Source: a virus. From it: 64,000 nucleotides of DNA. The DNA lies in IMG/VR virus record IMGVR_UViG_3300047323_000545; one strand, given 5' to 3'. Positions within the stretch are counted from its first letter, which is position 1. Each line of letters starts with the position of its first letter. Shown piece by piece: positions 1-9,857 of this stretch. Below the pieces are notes generated by a model. That model was not told the DNA's origin. It saw nothing but the letters and a program-made list of their open reading frames with translations, and made no database searches. The translations under genes were made by a program, and so were the position numbers.

Positions 1-31
1 AGGACCACGAACGGGATGTCCTTCTCACGGG

Positions 32-74
32 AAAACGAAGATGGGCCCGCCGCCTTGTTGGCGACGAGCCCACC
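32..74 (-). terminator. Intrinsic terminator after the major capsid gene
   Basis: Minus-strand GC hairpin GGTGGGCTCGTCGCC-AACAA-GGCGGCGGGCCCATC followed by TTCGTTTT. Confidence 0.75.
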
Positions 75-113
75 TATCTGCCCTGGTCAGGTGCTATACA
101 GACACCCAGCCAC

Positions 114-1100
114 CTAGGACTTAACGATCTTGGCCAAACCCCTGGGGTTCAAGATCAACATGGATACCATCTCGTCGAAGACCCAGCCCTTCCAGAAGGA
201 CTCGACTCGGTGGTTTTCCTCGACGTCCAGCGAGTACAGGACCGGGAAGACACCCAGGAACTGCGGGTCCGGCGTCAGGAAGATCGTGTTCTGGGGGATG
301 ACGATCGAGCGCTGGATCTGGAACTCGCCGAACGAGGTGATCGTCTCGCCCGCGACGACGCGGTCCTTGAACGCCCAGCCGGTCTGGTTGATGTCCCACC
401 GGTACATGTCCCGGTAGTCCATCGGGTTGATGAGGATGCGGCTGGACTGCAGCTCGTGCATGTCCGTCATGGAGACGGCCGAGTACAGCGAGCCCGGGGT
501 CAGGTAGCCGCTGGCTTCCGTGATGACGTGGTTCGGGGTGACCGTGTGGTCGGCCCGGCCCGCGTAGTCGGAGATGGCGGCCTGCAGGATGGTGACGAGG
601 CGGCTGTCCTCCTGCTTGAGGATGGCCTGCTTGGTCTCGTCCTGGGCCTGCTCGACCGCGTTGATGCGGAGGTAGAGCAGGTCTTCCTTGCGGATGGCCG
701 GGCGCGAGGCGATGCGGAAGAAGCGCACCTGGATGCGCTTGCCTTCGAACGGCGTGATGCGGACTTCGCCGTCCGTGCCGGACATGATGTACGCCTGTCC
801 GAGGTCGTCCCAGACGTCGTACTCGACCGGGGTACCGGGGGTGCAGGGGTCCTCGACGAGGACGTTGCGGGTGATGCCCTGGTATCGGAGCTTCAACTGG
901 ATCGGGCCGATCATGCCCACGCCGAGGCGCTTGATCCCGTTGACGGAGTCGGAGGCGACGGCCTGGAGGCGCTGGCGCTTGGCCTCGAAGGAGAGCGGCT
1001 GGTTGCCACGAGACTCGCGACGGGCGAGGATCTCGGAGACGTAGTCGTCCGACTTCTTCGCGGTGCGAACGTGGCCGGTGGCGGCGGGCGCTGCGGTCAT
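114..1100 (-). CDS. Major capsid protein (328 aa)
   Basis: Start reset to MTAAPAATG. Sequence (GMIGPIQLKLRYQGITRNVLVED...FWKGWVFDEMVSMLILNPRGLAKI) resembles HK97-fold capsids of Bxz1/E3-like phages. Lies downstream of scaffold- and protease-like genes. Confidence 0.8.
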   Translation of the reverse strand: MTAAPAATGHVRTAKKSDDYVSEILARRESRGNQPLSFEAKRQRLQAVASDSVNGIKRLGVGMIGPIQLKLRYQGITRNVLVEDPCTPGTPVEYDVWDDLGQAYIMSGTDGEVRITPFEGKRIQVRFFRIASRPAIRKEDLLYLRINAVEQAQDETKQAILKQEDSRLVTILQAAISDYAGRADHTVTPNHVITEASGYLTPGSLYSAVSMTDMHELQSSRILINPMDYRDMYRWDINQTGWAFKDRVVAGETITSFGEFQIQRSIVIPQNTIFLTPDPQFLGVFPVLYSLDVEENHRVESFWKGWVFDEMVSMLILNPRGLAKIVKS

Positions 1101-1134
1101 GGTGAGTTGAGTCCTCTCGCTCGGCTCGGGCGCG

Positions 1135-1647
1135 TTAGCGCAGGCCGCCGATGGTGATCTTGGACGGGGAGTTGACCTTGAGCAGGCGGCCGACCGGCAG
1201 CGCGGAGATCGCGGTGGCGACAGCGCCGTTGGTGGCGAGCGCGAGCTTGCCTCGGCCCGTACCGGCGGTGATCGCGTAGACGAGCTTCTCGGTGGTGCCG
1301 TTGGGCTCGGTCCAGGTCTGGGTGTCGTCGAACGCGGGTGAGAGGACCTCGAACTGAGCGTCCGAGCCCATGACCCACACGGAGGTGGCGTTGACGCCGA
1401 CGTCGAGCATCGGGTCGAAGCCGTCGCCGCCGACGTAGTCACCGGCGAGGCCGTAGGGGACGCCGGAGGCGCCGATGAGGCTGACCGTCTCGCCTGCGGT
1501 CTGCGACAGGACCATCCCGGGCCAGATCGGGATGCTGCGGTCCCACGCCGGGTCCAGGAACACGGACGCGGGGGTTGCCTGGGTCCAGGCGTAAAGCGGG
1601 CGCAGGGTGCGCTTGATGTGGGCCAGGTTTGCCCGCACGCGGATCAT
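1135..1647 (-). CDS. Virion structural protein, putative capsid decoration protein
   Basis: 170 aa beta-rich protein just upstream of the capsid gene; GGAGG RBS; late-type motif upstream. Confidence 0.6.
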   Translation of the reverse strand: MIRVRANLAHIKRTLRPLYAWTQATPASVFLDPAWDRSIPIWPGMVLSQTAGETVSLIGASGVPYGLAGDYVGGDGFDPMLDVGVNATSVWVMGSDAQFEVLSPAFDDTQTWTEPNGTTEKLVYAITAGTGRGKLALATNGAVATAISALPVGRLLKVNSPSKITIGGLR

Positions 1648-1704
1648 GTGTTCCGCCCTCCAGTGGGTCTCGGCTGGCCGCCGAGATCCGGCAGGCCGTC
1701 TTCA

Positions 1705-1737
1705 CCCCCTAGGCGCGGGCAATGGGGGGTGAGACAG
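1705..1737 (-). promoter_or_regulatory. Late-type bipartite motif, copy 1
   Basis: CTGTC-N21-TAGGGG upstream of the decoration/capsid genes. Confidence 0.65.
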
Positions 1738-1766
1738 TGCCCAACGGCAAGGAATTTCTGGGGATA

Positions 1767-1805
1767 TACGAAAGGGCCCGGCGGAAGCCCGCCGAGCCCT
1801 TCGTA
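1767..1805. terminator. Hairpin terminator after the scaffold-like gene
   Basis: Inverted repeat TACGAAAGGGCCCGGCGG-AAGC-CCGCCGAGCCCTTCGTA. Confidence 0.65.
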
Positions 1806-1814
1806 TTTGGGGGG

Positions 1815-2687
1815 TCAGTCGAACAGGTCGGAGACCTCGTCGGTGCCCGCGAGCGGGGCCGCAGAGGCGGTCGCGTGGGCCGCCAGGGACGGCGCTACAC
1901 GCTCTGCGCTGCGGGCCGCGACCCGGGCGCCCGACGGCGCGGTCCGGGCGGAGGCGGCCTTCATGACGCGGTCCAGGACGCCGATCTCACGGTTGATCAG
2001 CTCGTCGGAGAGGCTGGCGTCGGACTCCAGGCGTGCGGACACGGTGAGGTCGTCGCCGCTGGCGATACCGGCCTGGATCTGCAGGCGGGCCAGGCGCAGG
2101 CACGCGTGCGTGCGCGACGGACCACCGCTGGCACCGGCCATCTCACCCGTAGTCACCGGGTTGGAGTTGGACTTGTTCTCGCTCATCGTCCAGGGGAAGG
2201 CGACGTCCCACTGGGCCGGGTCGCCGACGCGTACGTCGGTTTCGATGCGGGTCTCGTCCAGCGGGACCTCACCGGTGTTGACGCCGGAGACCGGGGAGGT
2301 GACGTCCTGCAGGTTGCCGTACGGCTCGGCAGGGAGGGTGCCTCCCGGGGTGAGCGCGGTGTCGGTCGCTGCGGCCGGGACACCGGCGGTGGAGTTGCCG
2401 GTCTGGCCCGGGGAGCGGACGTCGTCGTTGGTCTCGGGGGTCGCGGCCTGCTCGGTCGTCTCCGACGGGGCCTGCTCCGGCCCGTCCGGGATCGGCTGGG
2501 CGGGGTTGGCGATGTCGGCCGTCTTGGAGAGGGCTTCGACCTCGCCGGTGACTCCGGCCAGCCGGGCGATCAGCGCGATCTGCTTCCCCTGGACGGCGAG
2601 CTGCTGAGACTGGGCGGCCAGCTGCTTGCGCTGGTCGTCGATGACCAGCTGCTGGGCGGTCAGCGCTGCCATGAGCGGTCGGCTCAT
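1815..2687 (-). CDS. Putative scaffolding protein
   Basis: Start MSRPLM with AGGAG RBS; N-terminal coiled coil and acidic low-complexity body; sits between the protease-like and capsid genes. Confidence 0.55.
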   Translation of the reverse strand: MSRPLMAALTAQQLVIDDQRKQLAAQSQQLAVQGKQIALIARLAGVTGEVEALSKTADIANPAQPIPDGPEQAPSETTEQAATPETNDDVRSPGQTGNSTAGVPAAATDTALTPGGTLPAEPYGNLQDVTSPVSGVNTGEVPLDETRIETDVRVGDPAQWDVAFPWTMSENKSNSNPVTTGEMAGASGGPSRTHACLRLARLQIQAGIASGDDLTVSARLESDASLSDELINREIGVLDRVMKAASARTAPSGARVAARSAERVAPSLAAHATASAAPLAGTDEVSDLFD

Positions 2688-2751
2688 ACTGGACACTCCT
2701 TCAAAGCCTGTGGCGCTCACGACGGCTGCCGTGGGCGGGGTCTTCACTGCT

Positions 2752-5700
2752 TCAGGTGCGCGGGAGCTGCGGGACAGCAGGCGGGGGGACAGAAGACTTG
2801 CCCTGCAGTTCTGCGGGGGTCAGCAGCTGCGCCTTGTTGCAGTTCGGGCAGACGTCCCCGGCGACGATGCCGTCGGTCGCGCCTGCCGCGTTGCCCATGT
2901 CCTGGGTCTGCGGTGCGGTCGCGTCCGCTCCGAACCCGCAGTGCAGGCAGTTCAGGTCCGGCACGCCGTCGCTGGGCTGGCCGTCCTTCGGCGTGCGCGG
3001 GGCCATCACGCTGAAGCGTCGGCGACGTGGGTCGTCCGGCTCCTCGGCCTGCTCCGGTCCCGGAGCCTCGTCGGACACGTCCCGGTTCCAGGACCAGTGC
3101 GGCGTCTCACTCTCGTCGCCGGTGTAGTCGCCGGGGTGCGCCAGGATCGGCTCCTGCGGAGACCCCATACCGGGGCCCTGGAAGCCACTGTCGTCATCGT
3201 CTTCCTGCAGGCCGCCTTCGGGACCCTCAGGCCCCTGCATACGCGGCATGTCAGGGCCGGGGGTGAACGGGTCTCCCATGCGGTCCGTGGCGCGGCCGGG
3301 CAGCTCGCGCGGGCCTGCCTGGCCGCCCTGTTCCGGGTCGACCAACTGCGGCTGGGCGTTGACGTTGCCGTCCGGGTCGATCTCGTCCGGCTGGATCATG
3401 CCGTCGCCGTTGCGGTCGGAGACGGCCGGGCCCATCTGCTGGGTGCCGTCGAGCGCCTGGTCGCCGAACGGGGACGGCGGCAGGCCGTTCTCGTCGAGCT
3501 GGTCGGGGTCGACCATCTGCGGGTCGTCCTCGTCCAGCGGCTGCCCGTCGGGGCCCAACTGCTCCTCGCCGGGCTCCTCGCCCTGCTGCGGCATGCCGGT
3601 GCCGTCGTCGTTGACGCGCTGCAGTTCGCCGTTGTTGTCGACCAGGGAGGGGTCGACGATCTGCTTGCGCAGGTCGAGCTGCTTGGCCTTGTCCAGGTCC
3701 GGGTCGCGGAACTGCTCCGGCGGGTTGATGAACCCGCAGATCTGGCACTGGATCCCGTCGAAGGTGTCCTTGTCGCCGCAGACCGGGCAGTTCTCCTCGC
3801 GGAGCGTGTCGACGTCGGCCGGGGCCTTGATCTCCCCGTACGCCAGCGCGCTGATGGATCCATCGGCGTTGATCATGACGGCGTCAACCACCTTCGCCAC
3901 GTGGGAGTTGCCCTGCTCCTTCAGCTCCGGCGCGTGCTCGCCCGCAAAGCCCTTCCAGTGGCCCTTGATGTTCTCCTCGGCCTTGTTACGCCCCGCGCCC
4001 AGGTTCTTGGCGCTGGCGTTCGCGTTGGCCTGGTCCTCGGCGGTGTTGAGGCGCTGGCGCACCAGCCAGGTCACGGCCTGCACCTGGTGTGCGGCGACCG
4101 GCTTGCCCTCCTTCTCGGAGATGGCGGCGGCGGCGTTGCGGTAGGTGTTGGCGGCGTGCTCGTAGTAGTGCCGGGCGTGCTTGCCGCTCTGGGCGCCAGG
4201 GAAGCCCTGGTGGGCGTCGTTCTCGACGTCGGTGATCCGGCGCCCGGCCGCCACGGACAGTGCGTGCCGGTCGACGACCACCCGGCCGGACAGCCGACGC
4301 TCGGCGCCGGACTTCTTCTCCTCGTCGGTCTGCGGTTCGTAGCCGCCGTGCTCGATGAGGTGCGCGAAGTCCTGGGTCTTCGGTGCCTTCAGGACCGGCT
4401 GGTGGTGCTCGCCGTCCATGATGCGCTGCGCCTTGTCGGCGTGCATGCCCATGGTGACGGTGTGCGCGGGCTTGTCCGGGTCGTCCTTGAGCGGCCGGAC
4501 GGCCGCCTGCCGGTGGAAGGAGTGGGCCGCGTTGAACATGTTCATCGGCCAGTTGGTGCGCGGGCTGTAGGCCGACAGGACACCGGCGCCCTTGTGGGCG
4601 GCCTCTTCGTCGGTCTTGATGCTGGGGTCGAGCTTGGCGATGGCCTTGGCGACGTGGTGGGCGTCGCTGTACCAGCGCATGCCCGAGTCCTTCTCCTCTG
4701 GCGTGGCCTGGTCCCAGTGCTTGACGATGTGGTCGTGGTGCAGCGGGACTTGCTTGTACCAGGGGTGGTCTCCGGCGGGCTCGTACGGCTGGCCGCGCTT
4801 CGGCTTCGGGGTGCCGTACTCGTCCAGTTCGGGCTCGGCCGCCTTCGGCGCGGGCTTCTTCGCAGCCGCCATGGCCTCCAGCGCGGCGGTACGGCGGCGG
4901 CCGAACAGCTTCTGCTGCTCCCACTGCGGTGCGGCCGGAGCGGGAGCCTGGGCGCGCGTGCGGGACTTGGTGGTGCGCTGCCTTGGCGCGGGCTCGGCGC
5001 CGTGGAACGGGCCCTTGGAGCCGTCGCCGAACGGGGTACGCGGGTGCGGCGAGTGGGCGACGTAGGCAGGTACCGAGTCCATGCGGCGCTCGTACGCGGC
5101 CTGGGCGCGGTGGTGGCCGTCAGCAACCTGGTAGACGCCGTGGCGGTGCACCAGCACCAGCGGCGGCACCTTCTCCGGGTTCTCGGCGTAGCCCCGGCTG
5201 GCGTTCTCGACGCGGCCGTCGCCGCCGCCATGGTGCTTGAAGTCGATGTGCTGGGGGTTGATGTGCTGCAGGTGGAACTCCAGGCTGTGCACATCGGAGG
5301 ACTCGTCGTGCGGGTCGTCGGGCCGGTTGTGGGCCAGGTGGTTGGCGGCCCAACCGATGCCCTCGCCGTCGGCGCCCTCAGCGGCCTCGCCGTGGTACTC
5401 GGGGTCGCCGTAGACGTGAGGGTGCCGCTCGCCGATCTCGTCCCACGAGAACGGGCCGGTGCTGTTGGCCTCCACCTGCAGGGCGTTGAGGCTCGGCTTC
5501 AGCGGCGTGAAGGGCTTCGAGTGCGACACCGCGTCCTCGCGGCGCTGCCGGTTCTCCGTGGTGCCCTCGAACGGGACGTGCGGCACGGCGGGCTTGGCGT
5601 GGGAGACGGGGTGGGCGGGCTTCGGCTGGGGTGTCGCGTCCTCGCCGTCGTCGTCGCCCTCCAGGTCGTCGTGGTCCTCGAACTGGGAGTAGTCGGTCGC

Positions 5701-6378
5701 GGCCGTCTTCGAGGCGGCCTTGCCGAGGCCGGAGGTGTCCACGCCGAGGAAGTGCGCGGTGGGGTCGGCCGGGGGCTCGACGAGCACCGAGTTCTCGAAG
5801 AAGCGCAGGCCGAAGCAGGTCTCGCGGACCAGCTCGCCGACCTTCTTTCCGCCCGCCGTGGCGCGGAAGATCCGCTTGCCCTTCAGATGGGGGATGTGGG
5901 AGCAGTAGTCGGCCGGGGTGCGGGCCTCGTTGCCGCAGGCGGAGCACACGGAGCGCTCGACGTCGCAGCCCATGGAGGTCCGGTCGATATGTCCGGCCAG
6001 GATCGCCTTGGCCAGCTTGGGGAACCGGGTGGCGTCGATCTCCATGAGGACTTCGGCCCAGGTGTCCGGCGAGCCGTCGGGGTTGCGGTCCTGGTGAAGG
6101 GCGGCGTCGATGATCACGCCTCGGGCACGCCGGTGGTTGTCATTGACGTGGTTCACGAAGACCGGCTTGCCGACGAACGTCTTGTACGACGCCGCGATCT
6201 CCTCGGCAGGAAACTCGTCGAAATTGTCGTTGCAGCGTGAACTGATCGCCCTGCTGCGTACGTACAAGTAGCCGGGGCGAGCCTCGTACTGGAACACCGC
6301 ACGGTGGGCCGCCTTGGTGACGCGCTGCTGGTCGCCGAGGCTGGCGGCGATGATCTGGGCCGTGGCGAACTTCAGCAC
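2752..6378 (-). CDS. Multidomain capsid maturation protease-like protein (1208 aa) with ParB/Srx-like, glycosylase-like and Zn-ribbon domains
   Basis: GTG start with AGGAGG RBS. N-terminal NDNFDEFP..E...YKTFVGKPVFVNH...SMGCDV...CSACG...FFENS resembles prohead protease-like domains. PPLVLV....YQVADGHHR is ParB-like. Zn ribbons CPVC..CQIC and CLHC..CPNC. Confidence 0.65.
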   Translation of the reverse strand: MLKFATAQIIAASLGDQQRVTKAAHRAVFQYEARPGYLYVRSRAISSRCNDNFDEFPAEEIAASYKTFVGKPVFVNHVNDNHRRARGVIIDAALHQDRNPDGSPDTWAEVLMEIDATRFPKLAKAILAGHIDRTSMGCDVERSVCSACGNEARTPADYCSHIPHLKGKRIFRATAGGKKVGELVRETCFGLRFFENSVLVEPPADPTAHFLGVDTSGLGKAASKTAATDYSQFEDHDDLEGDDDGEDATPQPKPAHPVSHAKPAVPHVPFEGTTENRQRREDAVSHSKPFTPLKPSLNALQVEANSTGPFSWDEIGERHPHVYGDPEYHGEAAEGADGEGIGWAANHLAHNRPDDPHDESSDVHSLEFHLQHINPQHIDFKHHGGGDGRVENASRGYAENPEKVPPLVLVHRHGVYQVADGHHRAQAAYERRMDSVPAYVAHSPHPRTPFGDGSKGPFHGAEPAPRQRTTKSRTRAQAPAPAAPQWEQQKLFGRRRTAALEAMAAAKKPAPKAAEPELDEYGTPKPKRGQPYEPAGDHPWYKQVPLHHDHIVKHWDQATPEEKDSGMRWYSDAHHVAKAIAKLDPSIKTDEEAAHKGAGVLSAYSPRTNWPMNMFNAAHSFHRQAAVRPLKDDPDKPAHTVTMGMHADKAQRIMDGEHHQPVLKAPKTQDFAHLIEHGGYEPQTDEEKKSGAERRLSGRVVVDRHALSVAAGRRITDVENDAHQGFPGAQSGKHARHYYEHAANTYRNAAAAISEKEGKPVAAHQVQAVTWLVRQRLNTAEDQANANASAKNLGAGRNKAEENIKGHWKGFAGEHAPELKEQGNSHVAKVVDAVMINADGSISALAYGEIKAPADVDTLREENCPVCGDKDTFDGIQCQICGFINPPEQFRDPDLDKAKQLDLRKQIVDPSLVDNNGELQRVNDDGTGMPQQGEEPGEEQLGPDGQPLDEDDPQMVDPDQLDENGLPPSPFGDQALDGTQQMGPAVSDRNGDGMIQPDEIDPDGNVNAQPQLVDPEQGGQAGPRELPGRATDRMGDPFTPGPDMPRMQGPEGPEGGLQEDDDDSGFQGPGMGSPQEPILAHPGDYTGDESETPHWSWNRDVSDEAPGPEQAEEPDDPRRRRFSVMAPRTPKDGQPSDGVPDLNCLHCGFGADATAPQTQDMGNAAGATDGIVAGDVCPNCNKAQLLTPAELQGKSSVPPPAVPQLPRT

Positions 6379-6421
6379 ACCGGGTCCTCCTGTGCGGGCG
6401 GCGGCGCCTGGTGCGCCCTCG

Positions 6422-6453
6422 CCCCTTGGGGGTGGACGGGGTGTGGCGAACAG
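6422..6453 (-). promoter_or_regulatory. Late-type bipartite motif, copy 2
   Basis: CTGTT-N21-AAGGGG upstream of the 6378 start. Confidence 0.55.
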
Positions 6454-6770
6454 GAGGGCAACCTGGGAGCCGTCGGTGGCAACAGATTGGAGAAGGAGGT
6501 GTGTAGACCTCATGAAGGGGAGAACCGATGGCCAGTGGTTCGGCACAATGCGAGATAAGGTCTCCGCTTGTCAGCCGAAGCGGAGGGTCCTCTTCCTCGC
6601 TTTGGCGACAAATAGACTTATTCTAAATTTACCGATACCGTTCATCCGGCGCGTCGTTGAACGATGCGACGTCCCGCAGACGACATGCAGAGAGCCCCGG
6701 CCGACCTTCCTGGCAAGGAATCGGGTCGGCCGGGGCTCGGCTCCGGTCTACGTCAGCGGTAGATGGCGGT

Positions 6771-7073
6771 CTACGGCCGGTCTTCCGGAGTGGGATCCGA
6801 CGTGGCGGTCGCCGGATCGGGGGTGCTGGCCTTGCGGTGCCGTCCCGTGTAGGTCGGCCTGGCAGTGGAGCCGAGGAGTAGCCCCGCGAGCGGCCAGCGT
6901 GACTGAAGCAGGTGGGCGAGCGTGTAGTACGCGGCGCCGAGGACCACGGTCAGCAGGCCGGTGAGGTTCTGCGTGAACTCGGCGCTGGCGTGGACGTTGT
7001 GCGAGGCGAGGAACGCCAGGACGAAGCCGACAGCCATCGGAACGACCGTACGGACAAGAGCGGGAGTAGGCAC
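6771..7073 (-). CDS. Small two-TM membrane protein, holin-like
   Basis: GTG start with AAGGAG RBS; RTVVPMAVG..YY...H.L...WP..G.LLG....P.Y pattern typical of actinophage holin-like proteins. Confidence 0.55.
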   Translation of the reverse strand: MPTPALVRTVVPMAVGFVLAFLASHNVHASAEFTQNLTGLLTVVLGAAYYTLAHLLQSRWPLAGLLLGSTARPTYTGRHRKASTPDPATATSDPTPEDRP

Positions 7074-7102
7074 CTGAACTCCTTGGGCCAGGGGATGCTT
7101 CG

Positions 7103-7134
7103 CCCCTTGACGGCCCGCAGGTACGCCCGGACAG
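7103..7134 (-). promoter_or_regulatory. Late-type bipartite motif, copy 3
   Basis: CTGTC-N21-AAGGGG upstream of the 7073 start. Confidence 0.65.
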
Positions 7135-7372
7135 CACCGGGCCCCGGGGATTCGGGCGGCCGTCACGGCTGTGCTCATGATGGATCGCCTCCCCCGTCAG
7201 CTCGTGTCTGTCAGTTTGCTGAGCTGATCGTATGACGCCGGGTGGTACTGGTGTCAACTTTCCATGCACCTCGGCTTGTTCTGAGCACCCGGGTGTATGG
7301 AAACCATGCATCGGCGCTAGGATCCAGGCATGGGTCAATTTTTTTCATCTCGACATAGGGAGGGGGGACCCG

Positions 7373-7948
7373 ATGCCTCTAGGTCGCAAGTTCCGCCAGC
7401 TGCATGCCTTGAAGCTCAGCCCTGATGGCAAGAAGTACGACATCAGTGTGATCGCCCGCGAGGCTTCAAGGTTGTACCGCGAGGAGAAAATTCTGCGGAC
7501 GACCCAGGAGCTTCAGGCTGCCGGTGTCAGTATGAAGGAAATCGCACAGGCGTGCGAGACGATTCGCGCCGAGCCCGACGTGATCAACCGCCTGTACCTG
7601 TCTGAAGTGCGCGACGGCAAGAAGCGGGATGTGAAGTGGGGGGTCGTCGAGGCCCTCAGTCTCTTCTTCCGTGTCGAGACGGACTTCTGGCGCATCGGTG
7701 CCGACGCTACGGACAAGACGCGCAGGATCGAGAAGGAAGTGGAACTTATCCAGCTCGGCTTGCAGGTGGCCAAGGCCGCCCAGGCGCTCGATAAGCCTAC
7801 GGACGGTGACCAAGAGAGCACGCAGGGCATGGAGTTGATCGGGGCCCTGCTGCGTGGAGGCCAAGAGAAGGACCCCGCGCAGGTGGAGAGCATCTTCCGC
7901 GTGGCCCTGATGGCCCTACAAGCGGCCCCCGAAGCAGAGACCGGATAG
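7373..7948 (+). CDS. XRE/EspR-like HTH transcriptional regulator
   Basis: ATG with GGGAGG RBS; LGRKFRQL....SPDGKKY and YLSEVRDGKKRD.....VEALSLFFRV..DFW match the EspR-family pattern. Confidence 0.7.
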   Translation: MPLGRKFRQLHALKLSPDGKKYDISVIAREASRLYREEKILRTTQELQAAGVSMKEIAQACETIRAEPDVINRLYLSEVRDGKKRDVKWGVVEALSLFFRVETDFWRIGADATDKTRRIEKEVELIQLGLQVAKAAQALDKPTDGDQESTQGMELIGALLRGGQEKDPAQVESIFRVALMALQAAPEAETG

Positions 7949-8007
7949 CTCCATTGTCAGCCCCGTGCCTTACGCTGAGTGGCGTCAAGAGGCAGACTCG
8001 GTGATCA

Positions 8008-8565
8008 ATGGGGGCTTGGATGGGTGTGATGCGGAACCGGCGTGGCCTGAAGGGGACTTGGGACCAAGCATTGACGAGGCTGGTGCTCCCCGCGTCTCCC
8101 TGGACGGCCGAGGACCTGCTGCGCGCGTACGTGGAGCAGGTGCGCGGTCGCAAGCTCATCCTCAGTCGCGATCCAGTGGTGGCCTCGCCGAACGGCCCGA
8201 GCGGCATGTGGTTTCCCACGCCGGACACCGACCTCGTCTGGGCCCATCCCGCCATATCGGGCATACCGTACAACCACGTCCTGGGGCACGAGCTTGGCCA
8301 CATGGTCAACGGAGATGAGCCGGACCGACTCAACCTCACCAGCATCGTGCGCCTCTTGATGGGGGCCTGCACCAGTACATCGGGCCTCCTCGCGGACGCC
8401 CTCTCCTCCGCCGGAGTCCTGTGCCGCGCCGACGGCACGAGCAGTGAGGACCGCGAACGGAAGGCCGAGAAATTCGGCTACTTCGCCGAGGGCTGGCTGG
8501 CCCAGAACGCCCCCCGCAAGGCCACCCTCCTGGAGGCGAATGTGCGAGAGAGCCTCGCCCTCTGA
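8008..8565 (+). CDS. ImmA/IrrE-like Zn metallopeptidase
   Basis: PSGMW...D.......HVLGHELGHM (HExxH) plus downstream ERKAEKF glutamate; start may be 8020 or 8029. Confidence 0.7.
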   Translation: MGAWMGVMRNRRGLKGTWDQALTRLVLPASPWTAEDLLRAYVEQVRGRKLILSRDPVVASPNGPSGMWFPTPDTDLVWAHPAISGIPYNHVLGHELGHMVNGDEPDRLNLTSIVRLLMGACTSTSGLLADALSSAGVLCRADGTSSEDRERKAEKFGYFAEGWLAQNAPRKATLLEANVRESLAL

Positions 8566-8580
8566 CCGAGATGAGTAACG

Positions 8581-9855
8581 GTGACCGCCACACCTGACCT
8601 GCCCGCCTGGATAGCCAGCATCCTCCTGACTCTGGAAGTCCTGAGGCGTCTCCCTGCCGCGCTCCGCAACTCACGCAGCCGCCCTCTCTGGATCTTCTTC
8701 TTCGCCCTCGACATGGCGATGCTGGCGAAGATCCAGAGCGTTGGGGACTTCCTGTACGAGACCACCGGCGTAGACGACGTCGCCGTCCTGACCAAACACA
8801 TCTTCGGGATCGCTGCCGTCGCCGGACTCCTGCGCTGGGTCACCAACGTCGTACCCGGCCGCATGGACGGCAGACGCGAGCCCCGCTACCGGATGGTCAT
8901 CAGCAGCAACCCCCGGCGCATCGTGAGCTGGCTCTTCGTCGTCGCGGTGGTCGCCCTCTTTCCGATGGCACAGCGGCGTACCGGCAACCAAGAGGACTCG
9001 GACTTCATCTTCGTCCAGGCCGGGCACTTCTGGGGCAGTCTGCAGATGCTGCTCTTCTACGCCTACCTGGTCTTCGGCCTGGTCTGCGCCTCCCTGACCT
9101 GTTCCGCCACGGCGCGCGAGCCGTCAGCCAAGGGCGCCTTCAAGTACGGCATGCAGGTCATGTCGCTGGGCTGCTCCTGTGGCTCGTTCTACGGCATCCT
9201 GCGCTCTGGCTACCTGATCGTCCGCCTCTTCAACAAACCGTTCCTCGGCGGCGACCAGTTCGTGAACGTCACCTCCGACTTCGCCCTCGTCAGCGCAGTC
9301 CTCCTCATCGTCGGAGGCGCGGCGGCCCCGAAGCTGGAGCGCATAGACCACCTCATCAAGGCCCACGCCGCCATCAACGACCTGCGCCCGCTGTGGCTCA
9401 CCCTGACCCGGGCAGTCCCCGAGGTGATCTACGACGACCAGGTCCCCCACCGCCGTCCCACCCGCACCCGCGATCTTCTGGACCGCCTGTACGACTTCTG
9501 GAACTGGAAGCACCTCGACCTGCGCCTGCGTAAGCGGATCCAGGAGATCCACGACGCCTCTCTCCACCTCGCCCCCTACGTGCCCACCGACCTGCGCGGG
9601 CGCGCCGAGACGGTCACTCGCGAACTTGGCCTGCCTTCGTACGTGGTGACCGCCTACCTCCTCCACACCGCCATCCGGCGCAAGAAGGATCACGAGGAGC
9701 CCTGCAGTGGTCAGTGCGAGTGCGAGGTCATCCTGCAGGCGACGGAGGACCTGTTCACCAGCACCTCGAAGCTGCTGCCGGTCGGGCACGCCATGCAGAA
9801 CCCGCTTCAGATGGGCCTGATCAACCGGCGATTCACAGCGGCCGTGCACGCATAA
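8581..9855 (+). CDS. MAB_1171c/DUF6545-like multi-pass membrane protein
   Basis: About 7 TM helices, then a cytoplasmic domain LRPLW..L..AVPEV...LRKRIQEIHDA.L.L.PY typical of this family. Confidence 0.7.
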   Translation: MTATPDLPAWIASILLTLEVLRRLPAALRNSRSRPLWIFFFALDMAMLAKIQSVGDFLYETTGVDDVAVLTKHIFGIAAVAGLLRWVTNVVPGRMDGRREPRYRMVISSNPRRIVSWLFVVAVVALFPMAQRRTGNQEDSDFIFVQAGHFWGSLQMLLFYAYLVFGLVCASLTCSATAREPSAKGAFKYGMQVMSLGCSCGSFYGILRSGYLIVRLFNKPFLGGDQFVNVTSDFALVSAVLLIVGGAAAPKLERIDHLIKAHAAINDLRPLWLTLTRAVPEVIYDDQVPHRRPTRTRDLLDRLYDFWNWKHLDLRLRKRIQEIHDASLHLAPYVPTDLRGRAETVTRELGLPSYVVTAYLLHTAIRRKKDHEEPCSGQCECEVILQATEDLFTSTSKLLPVGHAMQNPLQMGLINRRFTAAVHA

Positions 9856-9857
9856 CG

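Noticed and set aside
2626-6240. Long plus-strand ORFs (also 15595-17967, 21569-25012, 56681-59479, 59085-61517)
   Set aside because: Antisense shadows of real minus-strand genes in high-GC DNA; no RBS or recognisable motifs.
6454-6770. AT-richer non-coding gap, possible ncRNA or origin
   Set aside because: No convincing structure, iterons or ORF with an RBS was seen.
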